Positions 8,334 to 17,178 of a stretch of DNA of 57,773 nucleotides are shown here, in pieces. Below the pieces are notes generated by a model. The model worked only from the letters and a program-made list of their open reading frames with translations. It was not told the DNA's origin and ran no database searches. Position 1 is the stretch's first letter. The number at the start of each line of letters is the position of its first letter. The DNA comes from an uncultured bacterium (GTDB taxonomy: Bacteria; Verrucomicrobiota; Kiritimatiellia; CAIKKV01; CAIYGI01): assembly GCA_903925685.1 (NCBI GenBank), contig CAIYGI010000186.1:1-57773 (forward strand), in the 5' to 3' direction. The position numbers and the translations under genes are program-made.

Positions 8334-10246
8334 GTCCCTGCCTCCGTGCGGTTGGCGGCGCACAATACTTTGTATAACCGGTCTCGCGTCACGGAGTCGA
8401 GGGGTTCTGTATCGCCGCCGAAGGAGGCTTCGATATGGCGCTGTAGTTCCCGCGCCACTCCCTCCGCCGCGTCGTTGGACACGCCGCAATGGAGCAAAGC
8501 GTCGCGCGCTTCGGCGGGGGTCAGGCTCGCCGGCGGCAGGTTCCAGCGGTCGGCGAGGAAGGCGCGCAGGACGGCGCAGTATGCGGCGGGCGTGGCGGCG
8601 CCGGTTTGCCTCAGCGCGCGATGGGCGCTGCGCAGCGCGCCGCGGCGGCGGAGGGCGCGCATCCAATCCGGACGGCGCCGGCGCACGAAGCCTGCCAGCA
8701 CGACGATCCCGTAAACGGATGGACCCGCCGCCGCCAGGGCCGCCACCCACGGCGAACCGAGCAGCGGCGCCGATTCCGCACCATGGGGATCGAGCCGCAT
8801 TGCGGTTGGCGACAGGGGCCGGGCGTCGGGCGGTTCGGATGAGCGGATGACTGGATTGGTGGAGGCGACAATCTGCTCGGCCGTGACCTCTGTCGTGCGC
8901 CGGACTTTGATCGGCAGCGGCGCGGTTGTCACGGTGCGATAGGCGCGGTTGCTCGCGTCATAATAACTCACGGCGATGGCCGGCAGTTCATAGCTGCCCG
9001 CCGCGCGCGGGCGGATGGTGTAGCGGTAGGCGCGGGCATCGTCGCGCTTCACGGTCTGCACGCTGTCGCGGTACACCTCGAAACGTTCGACGAGGTTGCT
9101 CTGGAGGTCGAGTCGCGGGATGAGCAGGTTGTGCAACTGAATACCACCGCCCACGGTCAGGGTCAGTTGCAGCGGATCGCCGACATTGCAGGTCTGCGCG
9201 TCTAGCGCGGCCGTGGCGGTCAGGTTGCTGCCGATGGCGCCAATGTAGGAGTCGGGCCGACTATCCTCCGGCGGCGGGATGACGCGGACCGTGACCGCGG
9301 CTCCGACGGCCAGCACGTCCTGGCGTTGAGGATTTGCCGCTTCGGAACCGGCCACGGGTACGGGACCTTTGAAAATCACCGGACCAAAGGTGTAGTCGCC
9401 TTCCTTGAGCGGTTCGTAACGCAGGACGAGTGTGTATTCGGCGTATTCCGCTCCGTCGGCTGCAACCCATTCGCGATCGAGGTGAAACCGGGCCTGGCGC
9501 GGACCGTCGATGTCGAAGGGAATGGGCATCCCCGACTGGACCGTAAAGTTGTTGATCGCAAAACCCGGCTGGCGCGGATCGGACAGCAGGCGGTTGTTGA
9601 GGAAGGCTTTCAGGTCGGGCGTCTTAAGTCCGTCGATGTTCTCGCCGTTCATGTAAGGCACATTCAGCAGCGGCGCGGCCTCGGGGTAGAGCGGGTCCAG
9701 CGCGGCCAGTGCGCCGGTCAACCGGCGGATGCGGATGGCGAGTCGCAGATCGAAGGGTTCGTTTACCAGAACGTCATTGCCCGAGGCGGTCAGTCGCAGT
9801 GTCACCCAGGACTGCTGTTCAATGCCGGTCACGGTGACCGCCGGCGCGCTTTCGCTTAGCACGCGTCCGCCGGCAAGCGTCACCCGCACGGGACCGGGGA
9901 TGAAACGGCCGGCTTGATTGGGCGTCGCCTCATAACGGTAGACGCGCCCGCTGAAGCCGACATGCTGCATGCGGCCATTGATAAAGGTCATTGAATACTG
10001 GCTGACGTCCTGACTTCCAAGCGGACGCAGGACGCAGCCGGTGACCGCGCTCAGGTCGGGAGCGGCGCCGGCGGCGTTTCCGACGCGTACATCCATCAGC
10101 AGCGATTCGCCAATGTAAATCTGGCTGCGATTGACGGTAACCTGGAGCGAGGGCTCGTCGGCGCAAGCGGCAACGGCCACCAAACAGAAAAAAAACGCGG
10201 CGAAAAGCAACGGTTTGCTTCCTGATGCTATGCCGGAATTATGCAT
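8330..10246 (-). CDS. batD: BatD family exported protein
   Basis: Signal peptide, repeated beta-sandwich modules (IYIGES, VNEPF, VGDPLQLTL), C-terminal TM; lies in the MoxR/VWA cluster. Confidence 0.8.
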   Translation of the reverse strand: MHNSGIASGSKPLLFAAFFFCLVAVAACADEPSLQVTVNRSQIYIGESLLMDVRVGNAAGAAPDLSAVTGCVLRPLGSQDVSQYSMTFINGRMQHVGFSGRVYRYEATPNQAGRFIPGPVRVTLAGGRVLSESAPAVTVTGIEQQSWVTLRLTASGNDVLVNEPFDLRLAIRIRRLTGALAALDPLYPEAAPLLNVPYMNGENIDGLKTPDLKAFLNNRLLSDPRQPGFAINNFTVQSGMPIPFDIDGPRQARFHLDREWVAADGAEYAEYTLVLRYEPLKEGDYTFGPVIFKGPVPVAGSEAANPQRQDVLAVGAAVTVRVIPPPEDSRPDSYIGAIGSNLTATAALDAQTCNVGDPLQLTLTVGGGIQLHNLLIPRLDLQSNLVERFEVYRDSVQTVKRDDARAYRYTIRPRAAGSYELPAIAVSYYDASNRAYRTVTTAPLPIKVRRTTEVTAEQIVASTNPVIRSSEPPDARPLSPTAMRLDPHGAESAPLLGSPWVAALAAAGPSVYGIVVLAGFVRRRRPDWMRALRRRGALRSAHRALRQTGAATPAAYCAVLRAFLADRWNLPPASLTPAEARDALLHCGVSNDAAEGVARELQRHIEASFGGDTEPLDSVTRDRLYKVLCAANRTEAGT

Positions 10247-10274
10247 GTTTCGTTAGGTTCCCGCAACTATTTTA

Positions 10275-10300
10275 CCACGGATATTACAGATTACACTGAT
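10275..10300. repeat. Degenerate nonamer repeat (CCACGGAT/ATTACAGAT/TACACTGAT) at island border
   Basis: Three related ~9-bp units at the batD-side edge of the AT-richer island. Confidence 0.5.
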
Positions 10301-10845
10301 AAGGGTTCGACTGTCGCCATGTCTTGTATAAAATCCTCTACCTTCAGTTGAAGGTCCGCAACTTGGCAATGCGTGATCGCAATGTACCCGTCCGCGTATG
10401 CCTCAATGTCTGTGAACGCCATACTGGCACATTTGATTAGACTCTCTGCTCTTGGCCCGGCAACCCGTCCCCCGTGATGTGCGATGAGATTGCGGAGGCA
10501 ATTGGCGCTGTTGAACCACCCGGATTCAGGGAATTCAATCGCGTTGACTTCAAGAGAATTCCTGACCCACTCTACATGTGATTTGCCTTTGCGTCTCTCC
10601 ACCTTGCTCGGCAACTTGTCGCAGAGCTTCCCCGAATAGTACTCCCAGAGACCCCAAGCTGCCACGAAGTAGCCTTGCCTGGCGAGCCACGTCGATATCC
10701 GGAAAGGACGAACGGGGTGTTTACAATTGGCGTACCTTGCCAATGCCTGCGTATCCATCGCTTCCGGGTCAACCTTCGTTGCGAGTTCGATATAGTTGTT
10801 CCAGAGCAATTCGAGAGTCTCATATGCTGTGTTCGCAGAATGCAT
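10291..10845 (-). CDS. Putative HEPN-domain protein
   Basis: N-terminal WGLWE helix plus NCLRNLIAH (R-x4-H) motif. Confidence 0.6.
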   Translation of the reverse strand: MHSANTAYETLELLWNNYIELATKVDPEAMDTQALARYANCKHPVRPFRISTWLARQGYFVAAWGLWEYYSGKLCDKLPSKVERRKGKSHVEWVRNSLEVNAIEFPESGWFNSANCLRNLIAHHGGRVAGPRAESLIKCASMAFTDIEAYADGYIAITHCQVADLQLKVEDFIQDMATVEPLSV

Positions 10846-10874
10846 CTTCTTGTTCTGGTTCGCAGTTTCCTTTC

Positions 10875-11318
10875 TTAGAAGAACTTAGAGGACTGCAACA
10901 CCAAATTGGTTCCGACAATCCACCCGATTACATCACCTGCAAGATGTGCCTGCTCGATCCAAAGGTCATGCCTTTGATCGTACGATTCCGGTTCACCCTT
11001 TTGCTCAAGAATCCGTTTCACATTACTTCTTCCTGCTTTCACACGGTTGATCCTCATCAATGTATTCTGAACCATGAGATATCCAGGGATGAGGAACATC
11101 AACCACGATGGCGACTGGCCGATCTTGTGGATCAGCCATGATGCAAGAAGTACAGCAGCGCCGATTTTGATGACATCGAGTAGGCAAATGACGAAAGGCG
11201 AGATCCATTTGGCTTTTTTGAATGCGACCGACAGGGATAATGTGATTGGGAAGAAAGGAAGTTCGATGCCTGCGAGGACGACGAACGTGATCACATAGGC
11301 TCCGATTTTGCCGATCAT
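10875..11318 (-). CDS. Hypothetical membrane protein (gene-cassette-like)
   Basis: AAGGA RBS; several hydrophobic helices; bounded by complementary core sites GTTCGCA/TGCGAAC. Confidence 0.6.
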   Translation of the reverse strand: MIGKIGAYVITFVVLAGIELPFFPITLSLSVAFKKAKWISPFVICLLDVIKIGAAVLLASWLIHKIGQSPSWLMFLIPGYLMVQNTLMRINRVKAGRSNVKRILEQKGEPESYDQRHDLWIEQAHLAGDVIGWIVGTNLVLQSSKFF

Positions 11319-11335
11319 GGTTGTCCTTCTCTTAA

Positions 11336-11394
11336 TGCGAACGTTATCGTTGGGGCGGCGGGTTCACCCGATCACCAGCAACGGTTTGGTCGGC
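11336..11394 (-). mobile_element. attC-like site (59 bp)
   Basis: Minus strand: GCCGACC (degenerate R'') - imperfect hairpin CGTTG..CGGGT/ACCCG..CAACG - GTTCGCA (R'); lies between two co-oriented ORFs. Confidence 0.6.
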
Positions 11395-11847
11395 CTTTGG
11401 TTTGGTGAGTGATTCATTTGATGCGGGAATCAACGGTAGTACTCGTTCAGGATGGAGTATGCAAATCAGAACATGCCACTCTTCCACCAAACGTCGCCGA
11501 TAAGCGGCCTTGTCCTTCGACTTTGCGAGTTCTCGTTTGCTTTGCTCATATGCTGTCTTCTTGAGTGCCTCAAGAACGCACTCAAAGGCGGGGCTGTTGG
11601 GGCGGTGCCGAAGTATCTCATGGGCCACAACATGTCGACTTGTCGGCGTTGTCTTGTTAAGGGCATTCAGAATCTGGGACAACGCTAGGATTCCAATGCC
11701 GTAATAGCCGCTCTTTGCACACTGTAGGGCCTCCTCAACCGCGAAGTACAGCACGGGATTGTGCTGTAGCACCTTTAAGAATCGACGCGACATCCTTACG
11801 AACAGACAACATTTCACAGTGCCGATGTTTATATAGAGGGTGTCCAT
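11344..11847 (-). CDS. Hypothetical protein with a possible HEPN-like RxxxxH motif
   Basis: AVEEALQCAKSGYYGIGILAL..SRHVVAH; ends inside the attC-like site. Confidence 0.5.
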   Translation of the reverse strand: MDTLYINIGTVKCCLFVRMSRRFLKVLQHNPVLYFAVEEALQCAKSGYYGIGILALSQILNALNKTTPTSRHVVAHEILRHRPNSPAFECVLEALKKTAYEQSKRELAKSKDKAAYRRRLVEEWHVLICILHPERVLPLIPASNESLTKPKADQTVAGDRVNPPPQR

Positions 11848-11942
11848 GAGATGTTCTTTCTTGGAGTGGGCAGCTTTTCTCCCGCCGCCGGCACTCTCAA
11901 GTCTCACGCGCCATGCTCAATTGTCGAACATGGTTTAAACTA

Positions 11943-12224
11943 TTATTGCTTTATCAATGATCGTCCGGCCGCGAATTTGTGCAAAACGCTGGCGATGAAT
12001 GTCTGATATGAAAGCCCTTCCTCGACGGCTTTTGTCTGCAAGGTCTCCAAATCGGCCGATGATATGCGGATATTCACGCGTTTATCCTTCAGCAATGTAT
12101 TTCTAGCGTATTGCTGATGTTTTCCGATCTCTTCTTTCACGTTTTTTACGGAACGCCATTCTCCGCGATTGAGAGCTTCGTCCAAGCCCTTCTCTTCTTC
12201 ATCTAAATAAAGCGTTTTTTTCAT
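11943..12224 (-). CDS. CopG/RHH antitoxin (BrnA-type partner)
   Basis: KDKRVNIRIS..GLSYQTFIASVLHKF; ATGA overlap with the toxin. Confidence 0.8.
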   Translation of the reverse strand: MKKTLYLDEEEKGLDEALNRGEWRSVKNVKEEIGKHQQYARNTLLKDKRVNIRISSADLETLQTKAVEEGLSYQTFIASVLHKFAAGRSLIKQ

Positions 12225-12496
12225 GTATCCTCCAAGTATTTCTTTGTCGCTTTTCTGCTGGGCATTATGGTTTTCAAAAACCAGTCATCCCCGTCTTGTA
12301 TAAATGGCACTGCAAACATATAGTTTCTGATTCGGACAAATAGAATCATCTGGCCGTTATGCTTAATCTGATCGGGATGGTCAATAATGTCTATCAAATC
12401 ACCCTGCTCGATATGCAAAACCACCTGCTCAAAACTGATGCCCCGTGTGCGCTTGAGCAATTCGTTCTTATCCGGGTTCCATTTGTACTTGATCAT
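12221..12496 (-). CDS. BrnT-like/DUF4258 toxin
   Basis: WNPDKNELLKRTRGISFE..FLKTIMPSRKATKKY. Confidence 0.8.
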   Translation of the reverse strand: MIKYKWNPDKNELLKRTRGISFEQVVLHIEQGDLIDIIDHPDQIKHNGQMILFVRIRNYMFAVPFIQDGDDWFLKTIMPSRKATKKYLEDT

Positions 12497-12537
12497 GGGC
12501 GGAAACATGAAGGGTTATTATGCAACTTCGCTCCGTT

Positions 12538-12729
12538 TCACCCGATGGCCACCAATTCCTGCATGGCGTCCTCGCGCCGGTCTTCAAGAATCAGATCAAC
12601 GGCCGCGGACTGGCTCTTCAAGCACTCCGCCTTTGTTCGGCCCTGTCCGTCAGCGCCTGGGATTTCAGGGCAATAAGCGACAAACCACTTTTCATCACGT
12701 TCCACAATGGCCGTAAATTCGTTATGCAT
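12538..12729 (-). CDS. hicB: HicB family antitoxin, copy 1 (8-aa internal deletion; partner hicA truncated)
   Basis: Near-identical to 13956..14171 but lacks LRGLPANA; the following hicA start (GTG AAA CGG AGC GAA GTT GCA) hits a stop. Confidence 0.75.
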   Translation of the reverse strand: MHNEFTAIVERDEKWFVAYCPEIPGADGQGRTKAECLKSQSAAVDLILEDRREDAMQELVAIG

Positions 12730-12778
12730 ATCCTCACCTCTTTTCCGGCTGCAATATACCACTGTGTTGGATGGGCGC

Positions 12779-13045
12779 TCAATCGTTTTCCCGAGTAACC
12801 GCTAGCGCACTAAACCTCTCGAATTCGAGAGGTTTAAAGCTTGGGTTGCTCAACTTTTCCCAAAGCCCCAAGAATTCGATCGTGCTACGACCACGCATCC
12901 AGTTGTTGATGATGGCAAATGGCTCCTGAGAATCCCGATATTGCGCGATATCCGTCAACGAAATGTAATCCTGGTCGTTCTTGTTGAGGATCGTGATCGC
13001 GATCCCCTGAACTTCGAGAGTGCTTATTTTGATGGCTCTGCTCAT
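12779..13045 (-). pseudogene. KilA-N domain protein, truncated
   Basis: DYISLTDIA..IINNWMRGRSTIEFLGLWE..NPSFKPLEF, then runs into the hicB promoter repeat. Confidence 0.75.
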
Positions 13046-13680
13046 AGCCCCAAGTCCTTTCTAAAGCCGGCTAGAAAACGCTGCACGTGACCGGTCCGGT
13101 AATGGTTCATCAGCGGGTCGAAGGAATCGGCTTTCAGCTCCGCCAGCAAGTGTTCATCGACACGCAGGGATTCGAGTACTGGAGCGACAGAGTCCCATTT
13201 GCAGTGATGAACATAGACATAGTCGGCCAATGCCTTGAGTGGGTCCGCCATCAGGAAACTTCCGCCGTTTTCAGTCTCGATGCGGCTGACGCCAATGAAA
13301 AATTGGGTCTGTGGCACGCGCGTGAAACTAAAAACTCCCAGCGGGGTGTCGAACGAGCGGGAACGAACCAGCGATGCGCTGGTAATCGCATAGACCGCCT
13401 CGGGGATCCATCCATGGTAAGACAACCCGGACTCCAGGCTGATGTAGCTTGGACCATGGATGCGCTGTGCCAGTTCAAGCGGGTTTACGCTGGAATGGAG
13501 ATAACGCTTATCGAGGCAGTAGAGCCCCCGGCGAATTCTCCAGACCTCTCCTGCGCCGACGGAACGTTTGAGAAGCGCATTAAGACGTGCGCCACTATCA
13601 TTGGTCCAATAGGCGGCCTCCTGCCGCGTAAAGACAGCGCGATTTCCCCTTTCGAGGGCAATTTCGGTCACGGTTTGCAT
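13042..13680 (-). CDS. AbiEi-type (type IV TA) antitoxin/transcriptional regulator
   Basis: RIRRGLY, PSYISLESGLSYHGWIPE, ADPLKALAD motifs; no AbiEii toxin follows. Confidence 0.8.
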   Translation of the reverse strand: MQTVTEIALERGNRAVFTRQEAAYWTNDSGARLNALLKRSVGAGEVWRIRRGLYCLDKRYLHSSVNPLELAQRIHGPSYISLESGLSYHGWIPEAVYAITSASLVRSRSFDTPLGVFSFTRVPQTQFFIGVSRIETENGGSFLMADPLKALADYVYVHHCKWDSVAPVLESLRVDEHLLAELKADSFDPLMNHYRTGHVQRFLAGFRKDLGL

Positions 13681-13689
13681 TTGCTAGAT

Positions 13690-13708
13690 ACTGTCATAAT
13701 ATGACAGT
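13690..13708. promoter_or_regulatory. Perfect inverted repeat ACTGTCATA-A-TATGACAGT, probable AbiEi operator
   Basis: 9-bp arms about 10 nt upstream of the AbiEi-like ATG. Confidence 0.65.
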
Positions 13709-13770
13709 TACATGCAATCGTCTTGCGCGTTGCCAGTCCTATAAATTGACCGGGCGCTGGTTCTGCTCTC

Positions 13771-13959
13771 TCATTTTGGTTCGGGGACTGAAAGACTCCG
13801 GCAAATCTTTGCGGCCAGACGATCTGGTATCTCGGTGTGCCTCGGAACAGCCTCGATCCGACCTGTGTTGGGGCTGGCCCAAAGCGAGTGTGAACCGCCT
13901 TCTCGCTTTAGGTAACACCCATGGCGACGAAGATGCCGCAACAGTTCGTTCCGTTTCAC
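13771..13959 (-). CDS. hicA: HicA family toxin
   Basis: REGGSHSLW..VPRHTEI motifs, 62 aa. Confidence 0.9.
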   Translation of the reverse strand: MKRNELLRHLRRHGCYLKREGGSHSLWASPNTGRIEAVPRHTEIPDRLAAKICRSLSVPEPK

Positions 13960-14171
13960 CCTACGGCCACCAATTCCTGCATGGCATTCGCCGGAAGACC
14001 GCGCAGGGCGTCCTCGCGCCGGTCTTCAAGAATCAGATCGACAGCCGCTGACAGGCTCTTCAAGCACTCCGCCTTCGTTCGACCCTGTCCGTTAGCGCCA
14101 GGGATTTCCGGGCAATAAGCGACAAACCACTTTTCATCGCGTTCCACGATGGCCGTAAACTCGTTATGCAT
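13956..14171 (-). CDS. hicB: HicB family antitoxin (short form)
   Basis: FTAIVERD..VAYCPEIPGANGQGRTKAEC. Confidence 0.9.
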   Translation of the reverse strand: MHNEFTAIVERDEKWFVAYCPEIPGANGQGRTKAECLKSLSAAVDLILEDRREDALRGLPANAMQELVAVG

Positions 14172-14191
14172 AACTAACCTCTTTCCTTAGT

Positions 14192-14221
14192 AATATACCA
14201 CTGTGGCGGATGGAGACTCAA
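14192..14221 (-). promoter_or_regulatory. sigma70-type promoter of hicBA (TTGAGT-18-TATATT)
   Basis: Conserved in both hicB copies (also ~12753-12782). Confidence 0.55.
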
Positions 14222-14229
14222 TCTCTTTT

Positions 14230-14245
14230 CTGAACACCGAACACC
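14230..14245. repeat. Heptamer arm (CTGAACA CCGAACA)
   Basis: Immediately after the batB/C stop, at the island border. Confidence 0.6.
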
Positions 14246-14252
14246 TGCGTCA

Positions 14253-17015
14253 TTACCAGTCCCGGCCAACCGCCGGGAGCGGGTTGTAGTTGTTACGGTC
14301 GCGCATTTCGTCCTGATGTTCTTTTTCGCGTTGCTTGGCCTCATCGAGCATCTTTTGAATTTGCTCCGGAGTCATCTCGCCCGGTTTGGGTTGCGGTTTG
14401 GGCTGCGGTTGCGGGTTGTCGGACTTGGGCGGCGGATTGGCGGGAGAGTTGGTTTGCGACTGCTTTTGGTCCTGCTGCTTTTGATCCTTTTGATCTTGTT
14501 GCTTTTGATTCTGGTCTTGAGGCGGGGGTGGGGGCAGCAGTTTGGCGATTTCCGTCAGTAAGTCGCGACTCTTGCGCTCTTGCGGCAGGGCGTTGGACGG
14601 ATCTGTGGATGTCAGTGCGGTGAGCGCCTGGCGCTGTGTATCAACAGCCTCGTCGGCGAGTTTGAGTATCTTGGCCCGAGTTTCGGCGCTGATCAACATG
14701 TTGGTGTTGGGAGCGGCGGCGCTGGCCGGTGCTACTGCCGGACTGCCCGACTGCCCGACTGTTTGACTCGGCTTAGGCGGCGGCGCGGGCAGGCCCTGGG
14801 GCGGGACGGCCTGCGCGAAACGATTGCTGAAAATCTGCGTCAGGTCGATGGTCTCCTGCTGTTCGCCGCGCAGACGCCCGTCCGGCTCGCGCTCCATGTG
14901 CTGCGTGAGCGCGATGGCGTTGGTCTGGCGGCGCAACCCTTCGCGCAAAGCCATCTCGTGCGAGGCGACGCCTTTCCAGAGCCGGTAGATGGCGGCCTCG
15001 CCGTCGGCGGCGCGCTGCGGCGCGTCCGGTTCGAGGTCGCGCAGGCGCGAGGCCGAGGCATCCAGATGATCGCGCACGCTTTCGATATAGGCGGCGATTG
15101 CCTCCGGGCCGGGCATGTTGGTGGCCTTGGGCTGCTGTTTCAGCGCCTCGATCAGTTTGGCCTTGAGCGGCACGATCAAGTCGGATGCCTCGCGTTGTAA
15201 GCGGGCGGCTTCCTCGAGTTGGGCCACGCGGGAGGGAGTAAGGTTGGTGGCCGCCGCGTCGGCAGCGGCTGTGACCTGGCGCTCTTCGGTGAGCAGTTGG
15301 TCGGCAATTTGCGGCGCGGGGGTTTGTCCGTGTTTCTCCATTAGCGCGGCAATGCGCGCCTGTTCACGGGCCTCGGGAAGACGCGCGGCGACCACCGCAA
15401 GATCGGCGCGGGTTTGTCCGGCGTCGGGCGCGGCGCGCAACGCGCGGCGGTAGGCGTCAGCCGCTTCGGCCAGACTGCGGGCGCGCGTCTCGGTGGCGGG
15501 ATTGGTGGCGGAGCTGCTGCGATCGGCGAGCGCGGTCAGCGTGGCGCCCAGGTTGCGCAAACCGGCGGGCGCGGGTTTGTCACCGTGCGACAGGCGCTGC
15601 CGGAAGAGTTCGGCGGCGGGGGCATACTGGCCGGCGTCGAAGAGCGCGCAGCCGGCGTTGTAGAGATAGTCGGCGGACGCTTCGACGGTGGCATTGGACG
15701 CGGCGCGGAGATAGGTGTCCGCCGCGGACTGATAGTTGTGGAGCGCGGCCTGGCGCTGTGCGTCGCGCGCCAGATCGCGACTGCTGACTATGGCGCCGTT
15801 ATGCGCAGATGTAACGCTGGCGGAGGAAATGTTGCTGCTGACGTCGTCAGGCGCCGCTGTGTCATTGGTCTGCGCCTGGAGACTGCCGGCGATGAACAGC
15901 GCGCTGACGGCGAGGCTGGTGAGTGGTGAGTGGTGAGTGGTGAGTGGTGAGTGGGGAGTCGTGAGTGGTGAGTTGTGAGTGGGGAGTGGGGAGTGGGGAG
16001 CGGGGGGGGCGGCGGGGCGGCGGAGCAGGGGTTGGCCGCGGCTGAGGGCGAGCATGGCGAGCCAGGCGAGTATGGCGGGCAGCAGCAACCACTGGAAGCG
16101 GTCCACGCGGCGCTGGGTGATGGACTCCTGTAAATCGCGCGCCTGCAGGCGGCTCAAATGGTCGCGGTAGAGCGCGCCAAGTTGCACGCGGCTCTGTCCG
16201 ACGGGCACGTAGGCGCCGCCGGTGATTTCGGCGATCTCGCGCAGGGTTTCGTGATTCAGATGGCTGACGACATCCTGGTTGTTGTAGGTCATGGGCGCGG
16301 CGTCCTCGGCGCCGGCGGGGATCACGGCCCCGGCGGTGCTGCCGAGACCAACGGTGAAGACCACCACGCCCTTTTCGCGGGCGCGCTGGGCGGCATCCTT
16401 GGAACGTCCGGCCAGATCCTCGCCGTCGGAAACCAGCACCACCGCCCGGTGCGCGCCTTCGGTCGCGTCGAAGGCCTCCACCGCGCGGTCCAGGGCCATG
16501 CCGATGTCGGTTTCTCCCGCGGGCGCCGAGTCAACCCCGGCGTTGTCGAGCATCTGGGAGAAGAAGGCGTAGTCCGTGGTCAGCGGGCAAAGCGTGATGG
16601 CCTTGCCGCGGAAGGCGACCAGCCCGACGCGGTCGCCGTGCAAAATGCGCGCGAGATCCTGCAAATCCGCCTTGGCCCGGCCGAGGCGCGAGGGGTGTAC
16701 ATCCCTCGCCAGCATCGAGCGCGAAACGTCCAGCGCGATAATCAGGTCGCGGCCACGCTGATAAACACGCTCCGGCCGGGCACCCCAGGTAGGCCGCGCG
16801 GCGGCAAGCAGCGCCAGCAGCGCGCCGCTGAGCAACAGCGCCAGTTGGACGGCGAAACGCGCCGTGTCCGTCGGCGGCAGCAGCCGCACCGCCAGGGCCC
16901 CGCTGATAAATCGCGAGGCGGAGCGCGGGCGATGGCGCGCGATCCAGATCCAGATGGCCCCGGAGATGGGAACGATCCAGAGCAGGAAGAGCAGGCTGGG
17001 GTGGAGGAAGGTCAT
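14253..17015 (-). CDS. VWA + TPR/coiled-coil protein (BatB-BatC-like fusion)
   Basis: DVSRSM MIDAS, PLTTDY, SDGE; then TM, repeat-encoded linker, signal-like segment, YNAG/RNLG TPRs, Q-rich tail ending in RDW. Confidence 0.85.
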   Translation of the reverse strand: MTFLHPSLLFLLWIVPISGAIWIWIARHRPRSASRFISGALAVRLLPPTDTARFAVQLALLLSGALLALLAAARPTWGARPERVYQRGRDLIIALDVSRSMLARDVHPSRLGRAKADLQDLARILHGDRVGLVAFRGKAITLCPLTTDYAFFSQMLDNAGVDSAPAGETDIGMALDRAVEAFDATEGAHRAVVLVSDGEDLAGRSKDAAQRAREKGVVVFTVGLGSTAGAVIPAGAEDAAPMTYNNQDVVSHLNHETLREIAEITGGAYVPVGQSRVQLGALYRDHLSRLQARDLQESITQRRVDRFQWLLLPAILAWLAMLALSRGQPLLRRPAAPPAPHSPLPTHNSPLTTPHSPLTTHHSPLTSLAVSALFIAGSLQAQTNDTAAPDDVSSNISSASVTSAHNGAIVSSRDLARDAQRQAALHNYQSAADTYLRAASNATVEASADYLYNAGCALFDAGQYAPAAELFRQRLSHGDKPAPAGLRNLGATLTALADRSSSATNPATETRARSLAEAADAYRRALRAAPDAGQTRADLAVVAARLPEAREQARIAALMEKHGQTPAPQIADQLLTEERQVTAAADAAATNLTPSRVAQLEEAARLQREASDLIVPLKAKLIEALKQQPKATNMPGPEAIAAYIESVRDHLDASASRLRDLEPDAPQRAADGEAAIYRLWKGVASHEMALREGLRRQTNAIALTQHMEREPDGRLRGEQQETIDLTQIFSNRFAQAVPPQGLPAPPPKPSQTVGQSGSPAVAPASAAAPNTNMLISAETRAKILKLADEAVDTQRQALTALTSTDPSNALPQERKSRDLLTEIAKLLPPPPPQDQNQKQQDQKDQKQQDQKQSQTNSPANPPPKSDNPQPQPKPQPKPGEMTPEQIQKMLDEAKQREKEHQDEMRDRNNYNPLPAVGRDW
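15917..16000. repeat. Heptamer array (TGGTGAG/TGGGGAG) x12 inside a CDS
   Basis: Twelve units = 84 bp, encoding the PHSPLPTHNSPLTT...HHSPLT linker. Confidence 0.9.
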
Positions 17016-17026
17016 AAAGAATAAAA

Positions 17027-17168
17027 GGAGCCAGAATTCAGAAGTCAGAATTCAGAATGGTAAAAGAATAAGCATTCAACATATTGCCATCATCAAGTAA
17101 CTTACTTGCCGAGGATAAAACCACCATTGTTTTCATTCTGACTCCTGAATTCTGACTTCTGGCTTCTG
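17027..17168. repeat. Inverted pair of heptamer arrays (GAATTCA/GAAGTCA ... TGAATTC/TGACTTC) around a 74-bp AT-rich spacer
   Basis: 17027-17059 is a near reverse complement of 17134-17166. Confidence 0.9.
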
Positions 17169-17178
17169 TTCCGCCCCC

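Noticed and set aside
7494-8750. Track start at 8750 for the TPR gene (likewise 19577, 38397, 50501, 51343, 55525 for other genes)
   Set aside because: These extensions overlap neighbouring genes or intergenic repeats; downstream starts with an RBS, ATGA coupling or family-typical N-termini fit better.
15917-16000. Heptamer arrays as CRISPR or telomere-like repeats
   Set aside because: The units are contiguous 7-mers with no unique spacers, and there are no cas genes in the window.
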